From Balanoglossus misakiensis (lineage: Eukaryota; Animalia; Hemichordata), in assembly GCA_040954595.2 (NCBI GenBank), contig CM082594.2, positions 2,899,319 through 2,963,318 of the forward strand: DNA of 64,000 nt. Direction: 5' to 3'. The notes under the pieces were generated by a model. That model was given only the letters and a program-made list of their open reading frames with translations, ran no database searches and had not been told where the DNA came from. A program made the position numbers and the translations under genes. This document shows positions 9,955 through 21,900 of the stretch, piece after piece; within the stretch, counting starts at the first letter, position 1; each line of letters begins with the position of its first letter.

Positions 9955-12900
9955 CTGCGAACAGAACATTCATATAGAGAAGAATTTGTTATTATGTAGT
10001 GTAGTTTATACGTCGGTAAGGAATAGATCAACCACATGGCCAACAAAAGGATTAAAATACACATGTTCACCAACCCTATTCTAATTTCATACAAAGCTTG
10101 ACTAGTGTAGGCTAACAACCATTGCTACGGTTGTTAACCAAGATCTCGCAATGACCGCAGGCGGTCGATAACATCAAGGAGTTACCAACACAAGTGCGAC
10201 ATTAAACGCAATAAACTACAAATAAAATTCATTATATTACCATGGCCTGTGCGTCGCATTTTAATTGGTCGAGATGAACGACGACACTGACCACATATAC
10301 TCAGTAATGGTTTGTTTACATGCCCGTAATATTAGCAGACAGTTCAGTGAATACAACATTTTGCGTAACACAAGTTCCGGGGCCCCTAGTCTTTTGCGTG
10401 GGACATTTTCGTAAATTTTGACGGTTTTCTTGAGTTCGTTGGTAATATAATGGAAATAACCGACTCCGCCCTGGCCATTAACGTTTGTTTATGGGCTCGG
10501 GCTCGAGGAAAGCCAAAAGCCTCGCCCATAAAGTTTTGGCTTTCCCCTCGCCATTGCCCATAAACAAACGTTAATGGTCAGGGCGTCGGCCATTATTTCT
10601 ATATTTCACTGCACGTCACAGGAAAAAACGCGTCTCCTTTTTGGCATGTTTCCAATTTACATTGATATTTATCTTTTTGGGTTGGCTGAGTCTCATTGAA
10701 GAGAAGGGACAAAACGCAAATAGTGTGTTTACAAAAAGGAAAATCGCATATACGCAGTTATTGGGACGCTCAAGCTTGAACCATAAAACACAATCGAAGT
10801 GAGAAGAGGGGGTCAATGGTACTGAGGCTGATATACACACTGTAGACAAGTTGCCGCCAATATATATGCTGCGATCTGCGGCAAAATACGTGTATTTCGT
10901 GGAAGAAAGTATGATGAAGTTGTTTGAAGGCTGTTGGTTATGGGATATAGTAAAAAATTACTCACTTTTTTCTTGACATGCGAATTTCGTATAGTAATCG
11001 TTACAATCAGCATCGTTCATATTAGCCTCATTGTCGCTAAATTGACAAAACAGTCAACAAAACAAGATGATAATAAAAACAACAATAATTAAATAAAGAA
11101 TTATGTACATGTACGACCAAATGGCTTCCGTCAGGCCAGGGCCATAGCCACACGGTCGTACATGTACGATGCAATACCATGTATGCCACGATTCTTTATT
11201 TAATATACAGGCAGGTTATAAATACTGCACATTCCACATATTAAATACGACTGTATCAGAACAATTCGTCAGGGACCTGTGCTGTGAAAGAAGCCCTTGT
11301 TAAATAAAATATAATATTAGATAACCTAGCTAGATATGTAAATTGGGTAATGACCACTAATTTCATTTCTTCTTGATATATACTCCTTAAAGTTAAAGTG
11401 CTTCTACCACTAAATTATAAACCCGATGATTGTACATATGTTATAATTATTATTTTAACCCCTTAAACTTGTAATTAATTAAATAAAGAATTATTTAAAA
11501 ATATTTTTATTAATATGTATTTGGCAAATGAAAGCTTTCTTTCACAATGAGTTCATGAAGTCAACAAATGTGTTTCTCTCCAGCTTTTGGAAACATAAAC
11601 ACGCCGGAATCCATTATTAATTTTTTTCTGCTTATTTGCATTGAAAGACAAGACAAAACAAAGATTTACTAGCACTCACGCCAGGTGGATACAGTCTTCA
11701 TCGTACTCGTTATCTGGTTGGCCGCTATCCCATCTAAAATATGTCGCAGAAGTACCATCCGGATTTCTATAAACACCTTCATTGGATACATCGGTCATGT
11801 GGAACCATGCATTCAGATGTTCTGAAGGAGAGACAGTCATGGAAACACGAAAGAATACGTCTTTGGATACAAGTACTAGTAAAATCACATTAAATTGGAC
11901 TCATATATAACTTTCAAAATTGTTTCCTTGAATATGTTTGTGAACTAAGGCTACAGAAAACGAATGGATAAAATATGCCACGGGAATGGTCTGCATGTCT
12001 GTGGTGTAACGGGTGGGGCGCTAATTGGTACAATTGCCATCAAACAAAACACACACAACTGACTTTCTTTACAGTTTAGAGGGCATGTACGTACCGTTAT
12101 TTAGCATTCTTTGTTCATAATAAAAATACTGTAACAAACGTTGTTCATCTTCAAACGTCGGTAGGAAATACCCCCGAGTCTCACAATACGTGCGGGCATC
12201 GTACCAGTTCATGTCAGTTGTTATCAGCTGGTATTTGATAGTTTCTGAACAAAACAAAGCCACCCTAGCATGTGTTATTTATCTATGCGTCTTTTTGTCT
12301 AAAAATGTTCTACTAAGTCAATGTTCACGAAAACTATATAATTTACTATATTCTATTGTACGGATGATTTGGCTTATAAATATGCCTTTAGCACGGCCAG
12401 CCTGATACACGCCCTCGGTTATTGTTCAATACCTCATTTCTCGATTCTTAGTGTAATAGATCATATCGGGCTTCGTGTTGCTGATGTGAATCTGTCTATT
12501 ACACAAAATAAGGTATGACAGCCATGTGTTTATGAAAAGTTCAGGTGGTTGAAATCCCGTCTCTACTTACCCCCACAGGAATCAAACCATTTAGCGATAG
12601 GGAAAACGTTGCCGTTTGCAGTGTGCCAAAACCAGTTAGATTGGGCTGTCGGTACCACTTCGATGAAGATATAGGAGAAACTAGAGCACGTTTCGTGAGT
12701 CAAGTCATAACTTAGCGTGATCGGCACGGAGATAAGCGCATTGGTTTGAAAGGTCATGGGATCCGCTGGTAAGGTTGCTTCAACTCTGTCTCCGTTGTTC
12801 CAACCGGACAAGTATGTGTCAACTTTCAACAGATCCACCATTCGACCAGACAGCAGTCCTGTACTGTGGGACGCTGTGTTGATTGTAACTGTCAGATAGA

Positions 12901-15900
12901 AATCATTTGGGACTCCCATAACAACATCAACGGCTCCGCTAAATTGAACTGGACATGCCAGGGCCACTTCAACTAAATGAACGAAGTACAAAATAAAACG
13001 TGTATATGTTTACAGAGCATTTCTGTTAAATGTTAAGAAAATAACTGCGATCATAAAACAACGGCAGCCGAAACCACCCAGGCAGGAGGCGGGGTAGCCA
13101 ATAATCAAAATGCAAACAATATATATTCAATACAATGGAATATAAAATGTCATCCGTTCAATAGTGCTTTGTACAATACTTGAGACCATATCACATGGTA
13201 CAACCGTTGGACTTGGCGCTTTTCCCCTGAATGATATATTAGAAGGCCTCTACAGTCAGTTTTCTTCATTGATTTCAGCAAATAAAAGTGGCATGTGGTT
13301 GGTATTTGATAGTGTCTGAACAAAATGAAGCCGCGTTAACGTACAGGGTTCCTTTCTTTTCATTTACAAACTTTTTTCGTAACATGTATTCTATTAAGTC
13401 AATATTATATTGAGTCAAATGCTTTACAGAAATCTACATAATGGTGTTTCTTTAGTTTACAGCCACTGTACATGAAAATATAGATTTTCATGTACGGACG
13501 CTTTGGCTAATCTCGTACATGCACTCGGTTATTATTCAAGATTTTAATTTCTCGATTCTTGGTCCTAGGATCATATCGTGCTTCGTGTTTCTGATATGAA
13601 TCTGTATACTATACAACTTTGAGTGACATTTGTTTATGCATTTGTCAGGTCATTGAACCCTTATCTAGTGTACTTACCTGTGCAGGAATCAAACGGTACA
13701 CAGACAGGGCCAACGTAGCCGTTTGCGGTGTGCCAAAACCAGTTAGAGTCGGCTGTCGGTGACACTTCGACGCAGATTTGAGAGAAGTTTTCGCAGCTGC
13801 CTTGGGACATGTCAAAATTCAGGGTGATCGCCACGGAGATAAGCGTATTGGTACGAAACGTCAAGGGGTCCGCTGGTACGTTCGCTTCGACACTGTCTCC
13901 GTCGCCGTGTTTTGAACCGGACAAGAATCCATCGATTTTCAACAGATCCACCAGTTGACCAGATAGCAATCCTGTACTGTGAGACGCTGTGTTGATTGTA
14001 ACTGACAGATAGAAATCATTCGGTACTCCCATAACGACATCAACTGCTCCGCTAACTTGCAATGGACTTGCCAGGGCCACTTCAACTAAATGAAGGGAAT
14101 ACAGGGAAATATTTATATAGAGCATTACTGTTTATCGTTAGGAAAATGACTGCGATCATTCTCTTCCACAAAACAGCACAGCAACGTCATTCAAAGACAC
14201 CCAGAACATGGCATATGGTCAAAGAAGTGACGTCAGGTTTTTCGAAAATAGTTAAGTCACCATGCCTCATATGTGGCACCCGCCATATGTCAAAAGGAAG
14301 CTATAGTATGTGGTACACTTTACAGAAATCGTTGATATTCTTCTTGTACCATCTCCAGAATGTCAAAGGGAAATGTTACTGGGGGCGATCACCAAGGGAG
14401 ATAATTGTATATATGTGCCCTGGGAGGTGGGTTAGCCAATATGCAAATTGATATGCAATACAATAGGTTATAAAATGCCACCCGGTCAATAGTTCTTTGC
14501 ACCTATACTACATGTACATAGTTGAGACCAGGTCACATGATTAATAGAATCTCACACTCCCAAGGACCTGGGATCGTATGAGCCCAGGTCCTTGGTGTGT
14601 GAGATTCTTTTTCTCACACGACCAGAAATTTGCGATATTAACGTTTATTTACAATAAAAGAACTAAATCTATAAAATACCAACTGATAACTGCATGACCA
14701 GTCATATATTGATCCACCCCGCAAAACATAGTCCCCATTTCATCACGAGTTTACAGTACACACATGCTATAAAAATGTGCTCAACACATTAAAATATGGA
14801 GATTGTTTCCAGTGGCATAAATTCGCACGATATCTAGAAAATACAGCCGTTTTTTTAGTCTGTCGCCAACCACGTACACCACTGTCGTCTGCACATGACC
14901 TGATCACATTGTAGTTCCGGTTTGCGTACAACACATCGCACAATTGGATAATATTTGCTCGTTCTGAGGGGTATGGATATCATTATCCAATCAGAGCTCG
15001 TGTCAGATAACATTTGTCTGTGTGCGCATTAACACATACATGTAGTGTGGGATCAATTTGATCCCACACTCTCTATCCCACACTCCCAGCGGCCAGGAGT
15101 GTGAGAAACAACAGTCACACGTGGCGCTTTCCCTAAGAATGCACTATTTTAGAGCCTAACAAAGTCAGTTCGTTTCTTTGATTTGAGCAAAAACGAGTGA
15201 CTTGCTGTTGGTGAAAACGACTTCTCTGACTAACCAACCTCCCAGGACACATCTCCTGACAACTTGGCATAAAGAGAAAATTAATATGTTGTCAAATATC
15301 GTAAAAGTGGCAGCTATTCGGGCTTTAATACAAAAACAAAAACAAGTCCAGTCAACAACAGTGCTCCAATATACAGATATATGAAAATATCAATGAAAAT
15401 ATCGTTGAAATGGTTGTCACTTTACCGATACACGTCCAATTCACTGCCAGACAACCGGAAAGAACGTCGCCTCCAGACCATTTCCATGGAAACATGGAGT
15501 TACCACCAGGGAACACATCAATGCAGATAAACTTGACGTCGTCACATCCGATATCAACCAAGTCTGTTTCCATGAAAGTCACGTTATGCATGGACATTGA
15601 TATGTTCGGTGAGATAGACAAGGTACCGGAAGTGACGTTGATCGATGGAGAAGTCACAAGAGCTGGGTCTTCCTCGGTCGTTTTCAGGTTCAAATTCATA
15701 CTGAATACATTATTAATTTCATCTGCGAACTGTGCTGTGTCCGGTCCAATTGCAATGCTAACGTCGAGAGAAAAGATTTTCGATGAACCCATGACGAGGT
15801 CAACATTTCTATTGGTACTAACACTCACATCGAGAGATAGTCCGTCGAATTGATCTGAAGAGAATAAGAAAGCTATACGTATATCTGATGGCCCAATTAA

Positions 15901-18900
15901 CGTATGTCAGCCTCACGTTCTATGAACAATCATCTTCTACAAATGCACAACAGTCGTATATCTACAAGGAAACACCGAGTAAAGTTACCCAGAAATGGTT
16001 ACATCTCTGAAACTCTGATTTCGGATGGAAACTATGATTTTTATTTCTAACTCACCTGTACACGTTGTCACCTCAACACAATTTGTGATGTACCAGTCTC
16101 CGTAAAGCCACAAAAGAGAGGCGTCCTTCTTGGGAGAAACGTCAGCGCACACATACGGGTACCTCGCACAGCCCATATCACGGAGGTCGTACGTTGATGT
16201 CAGATTTTTCATGTTCACGTTGGAATCTGGACGAATGATGGCCACTGTTGGCGAGATATGATCAGCTGATACTTTCTTCGAGTGTGGATGCCCTGTTGCT
16301 TCGGCGGAGAAGTAGAGCTGAACGTCGAATAAGTTATCCTCCATACTTGTGTAGTCCCCCGTATCATTTCCAAGGTAGATGTCAACTCCAACGCGTAACA
16401 ACTGTGATGTTCCCATGGTTACGTTCATGTCGTCTGCAAACACTTGCATGGCAACTGGATCAATGGGGTCTGTGAACAAAGGGTCAAGAACTGTTCAATA
16501 GTTCATGTACGAATATAGCATTGTGCATTGAAACTTTCCTGGAAATGGGTTACCCGTGATTTCAGACAAACAGTTACGGCAGTACATTGCATTTAATGGG
16601 TATACAAAGTTCCGACTGGTGGTTTAATGCACGGGGATATGTATTTCCTAACAAGTGGTGCAAAAAACGTGACAAATGTACTCATGTGGTAACCACGAAC
16701 CAATTCTTCATGATTATTGAAACTGTTATACTCACAAAGACAATCTCCTATCTCAACACATGCAGTTCTCTTCGCGTCACCTGTCCAATGCCAAACATCT
16801 GTGTCAACGGGATAAATTTCAACGCAAATGAAGTTGTAATGGTCGCACGGTATAGGATCGAAGTTGGCCTGAACATCTACCAGCACAGCCATATGGTTAG
16901 AAAGTGTGACGTCATGTCCGGGTACAACAGCTGTTGTCCTGAGGGTGTGTGTTGCCCCCTCATCTATTGGTGTTATGAGCACTGATGTTTCTGTTGTATT
17001 GACGTGCACGTCGGTTGTTGGGTCTGCACCATTGGAAGTCCCAGTTTCCATTGTTATATTACCCAGAGAACTTTTCGAGGGCGCAGTCTCTTGGGAAGCT
17101 GTCGACGAAACCAAGCCACTCCCATCCGAGGTGACGTCAGACACTGCCAGGAAAACGCTGATTGAAAACAAATCCGATGCAGCGCCCTCTACTATTCGGC
17201 TGGCGTAATCGAACGGCAGTTCAACGTTCAAATGGAAGTCATTCTGCCGACCTTGCACAACATCCGGGATGTAATCGGGGTGGACGCGGAGGGTTGGAGT
17301 CGCACTGACCAATGCTTGAAAGGGAAAGAGGTTTAATTTTAATTTTACAGTTAAAGATTATGGTAAACAGGGTAATATGAGGTGGACAGTTAGTTGCTGT
17401 TACAAGACTACAGTCATTGGTGTTACAAACACACAGGTAAAGTGTGGCGAGAGCAGTGGCTAAAACTGGCCTAATATGGAACACAAAAAGACTATAAGGG
17501 CAGGTGGGAGCCGATATATTTATATGCACACAGGTATCAACAATCAGTGCCAACTATATACACAGTAACATTATGTTTATACACATATTTGCCAAAGGTA
17601 TTATTATGGTATTGTTAGTATTTGTTAAAGTGCGTAGCTCGTCTCACACAGCATGTTCCAACTGTAGCCGCTGACGAACAGTCAATCCCATAAGGCAGTG
17701 CTCACACAAGATAGCGGCAATAATAATCTGTGTCTAAGATCGGGAAAAGACACTCGCTTGGGTGAAAAGGAGGGACAAAACCAGAATCTACTTATACGGT
17801 GCGCATGAAATATGGAAGGAAGCGAAGGCAGTCCATTATTTGCATGCACCGAACGGAAGATTAACTGGGAAGTTACGCGCATGCTCTTTAACTTATTACA
17901 TTTGAATAATTGAAAATCCAACAGAATATTGTAAAGTTTGTATTGCTCAACTTTTGAAACATTCTTATCATCTTGACACATGGCAATTCTTTTGTACGTT
18001 TCATTTGAAAAGGATATTATGTTTTTAATTACCTGGACCCGATGATTGAGGTGCTACATGCAATATGGTTGTTGTCTCAACGGACATTCCTTTTTTACCA
18101 CGGTCAAACAGTCCGCCTTAAGGAAGGAAAAGACAAATTCATACCGATTGCTTAAACAGGTTCGTTTGATTATATACGAACGCTGAGAAGTTAATGTGAG
18201 GTTAAAGATGTTTGGGGAAGTCAGGGTGAACTAAATTTGTTCAAGTACAAGTGCATTAAATTTGTTCAAGTACCCCAAAAGTCAAATTATCTAACGTGAT
18301 TGTTTTATATATCCGTTTTCTGCTTATGTAACGTAGAACATGGGAAAATCAAAATAAATGCATGTAAACTATAATTCCCTCTTAACGAATGATTGGATAA
18401 GCCATCTTATTTAGAATGAGATTATAACATAACACTGGTTTGATCTAAGAGGAGAACTATTTGATTTCTGGGATGTCGGCATTTTTAGCCACTCTGATAC
18501 AGCATTTGTTTTTCACTCCATTACCTGTCTACCGCTTACTGCAAGGCGCTGTAGTAGAAATTATTTTCCTCGGCACCATCTGTTTTGTAAAATCCAACAA
18601 CCATCCCTCACCCCAGAAATCAAAAGATTCTCCCCTAACCATGATGTAGATGGATAAAACATGACATACCAGCATACAGTCCAACCACAACACAAACAAC
18701 AGTGAGTAGGAGCCCCGACGTAAGCAAGGCTGCGATGATAACTTTCCGTTTATGGCCTGTCTTGACACCTATCTGTGAAGTAAAGCAACGTACGTACTGT
18801 GTGTGTCGCTCGAAATTGGACAAAACAACTACTATCCGGCAACACTTGACTTGACGGCCGGTTGTCGTCCAGACTGCGACTGTGGGTATACATGTAGGTC

Positions 18901-21900
18901 CCATGCGACAACGTTTTCACAGAAAGGCGTTTTAATTAAAATAGGCGTACGGTGTAACTGCTACAATGTTCCCAAAGGAAAACAATATAGATGTTACTTT
19001 TTATTATTTTCATAGACCAGAGTGTGACGTCATACTACAGTAATATAAAATCGTCACTGCCAATAATTCTGCTGGAACTACTTTCAGTTTGTAAACAAAT
19101 AAAAAAATACTATTCTACGATGTTATTGCGTAATACTATAATAGTGGGTGGGCTTTGAAGTTTGTGAAATATGGGGTTACAAATAATAAAGCACATATCG
19201 CTTAATGATGTTCTATTTGTTTGCTCGATGTATTGAAACTATGGCGGTAAAATTTTGAGGCTGTCGTCTGCGCTTCAATTTTTTTGTTCGATCAAAGATG
19301 TCAGCGACAGAGCGGCACATAGCTATGTCGTCGAACGACATTGACGATTTTATAACGAGCCAAAGAAAGCAGAACACTGTAAAATCGACCAGAAACGCAG
19401 TGAAACAACTTAGATAATGTCTAGAGGAGACAGAAGATGGTTTAGCGACAGATATACATGCAATTCCGCCTGAAATACTGGACGTCTACCTGTCGAACTT
19501 CTTCATCGGGTCGAGACAGAGCGACGGGTCTGACTACGAGCCGGACACTCTCACAGCATACCAGCGTGGGATCGACATGTATTTAGCGGAGAATGGATAT
19601 AAATATTTCATTTGCAGGGATAAAATATTCACCAAATCGCAAGAAGCCCTGCGAGCCAAAAGATGCGAATTAAAGGGCAAGGGAATAAATCCCATGCGAT
19701 GGAACCACTGACCGACGATGAAATCAACATCATGCGTGAGAAGGGTATCCTTGGAAATCATAGTCCCGAGTCACTTCTGTATACGGTTTGGTGGAACAAC
19801 ACCACATTGTTAGGATTCCGAGCCTCCGATGAGAACAAGAAACTGCTCTGGGGAGACATCCAGCTAAAAGAAACGGCAGCGGGTCGGGAATATCTTGAAT
19901 TTAACGAGCGCGACAACAAAACAAATTCCGGTCAAGACGCAAGTTTCGTTCGCCCGTTTTGTCCAAAGATGTTTGCCGTAACCGATAAAGCCATCTGTCC
20001 GAATAGTCCTGTTTCATAAGTCAGGTCCATGACATATGTACCGACATCTGTGATTGGTCCATCTGGTAATCTTAGGTCCACTTGCGGCGCGCTGATTGGA
20101 GGGACCTTATGTGTTAGGTCTTATCATTATGTATTATTCACTAGACCTTGTAGGTTAGGTCTTATTACTATGTATTATTCACTTTACAGCTCCTTGATTG
20201 GTTAATGTGTAGGTCTGGTCCTCCAGTGTTCACTGCCTCATTATGCAGGACCTTGTAGGTTAGGTCTTATTAATATGTATTTATTCAATTTTCAGTTCCC
20301 TGATTGGTTAATGTGTAGGTCTCCAGTTTTCACTGCCTCGTTATGCAAAGTCTTTTGTACTTTCTGAATACTGTTGTCGTATTCTGTCTGGCATGCTACC
20401 TGCGCGTGGTCGAAGCTCGTGATCGATCCCAGTGTATAAAGAAAGGCACTCATATAATGATTGGATTGCACATTTTCCTTCACACTATTCATGGCATTTT
20501 ATGTGGAACTGTGAACTAGATACTCGAAATAAAAATTGCCAGGAGAAATTTCGCATTTATTTCCAGTGGCGGTTTGTTGAAAGTGGCTAGTGTTTTGTTA
20601 CGTAATGCCTTTCAGCGCATCACTTCATGTAACATCTGGCCATACAGACTGACACGTTAACCAATCAGGGAGCTGTATGGTGAATAAATACATATTAATA
20701 AGACCTAACCTACAAGGTCCTGCATAATGAGGCAGTGAACACTGGAGGACCAGACCTACACATTAACCAATCAGGGAGCTGTAAAGTGAATAATGCATAG
20801 TAATAAGACCTAACCTACAAGGTCTGGTGAATAATACATAGTAATAAGACCTAACACATAAGGTCCCTCCAATCAGCGTGCCACAAGTGGACCTTAGAGA
20901 AGCGGATAAACCAATCAGAACATGCAATACATGTGCATAGGACCTGTAATGTAGGTCATTTTGAAACAGGACTATTAATCACACAAGGCATACCGCTCTC
21001 ATCGACCACCAGAGCTATGTATACCCGAATCCCGTTTTTACCTTGCCATTAACTACAACCCAACAACCAACATGTGGTACAAGCGACAACCCATGGGAAA
21101 GAATAAACTAGAAAGCATAGTGCAGACCATGGCGACAAAAGCAGACATTCCAGGCCGTAAAACAAACCACAGCGCAAGGAAAACAACCATCCAAGAGTTG
21201 AACTATCGGCTCGGAAGGATACGGCCGCTATTGGGGAATCACTCGTCCCTCGCTGACGTAATACACGTTCGAAATACTGGGAGATTATATATAAAGATTT
21301 ATAGACAAAAGTTGACTCAATATTGAAATAAGTGAGGTAGAGACCATAAATTGCTTCACTGGATGTTCAGTCTTGTCAGCCTACAACTGTGGAGATCTAG
21401 TACATTTTACAAGTATTTCAGCGTGTTTCAAGCAGTCAAACACCAAGAACGGCGGCTAGCTTTTCATATCAAGCACAATTCATGGAAAAAGGCTCGAAAA
21501 AAAAAAACGACTTTGCCCCTTTAGATATATTTGTAATTTTGTGGGGACAATTTTGCTGCGCGCGATTGAATTTGTTTGATGTAACAATTTAAATTCATGC
21601 AACAATTGTTTTGACTGGACGGTTACAATTGCTTCAGTGATACTGCACATTTGTTACAGATGCTTTCTCAAGTTTGGAGTTGCTATCAGTTCGACGTCAA
21701 ATCCGATGATATAGCTGTATGTTTACCACGGCGAATATCTTGTTATTACACATTCATTTTATTTCATACACTTATTATCTGCCAGATTCTACGTTTCAAG
21801 TCCATAGTCACCTACCTTATCGCTATATGGTTGTACTTTACTGGTTTTCATCTCGGAAGTCAAATAAATCCTGTTTCGTCCCCTTCGTTACTATCACCGT

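Noticed and set aside
10841-10929. Open phase 1-1 segment just downstream of the lectin exon
   Set aside because: Would need an intron of only ~36 nt and encodes no recognisable module
20075-20893. Regularly recurring repeats resembling a CRISPR array
   Set aside because: Subrepeats are inverted between two arms inside a TIR element; no unique spacers and no cas genes; eukaryotic context
19325-21326. Domesticated ZMYM/KIAA1958-like host gene
   Set aside because: Stops, a frameshift, an insertion and truncation indicate a dead Crypton copy
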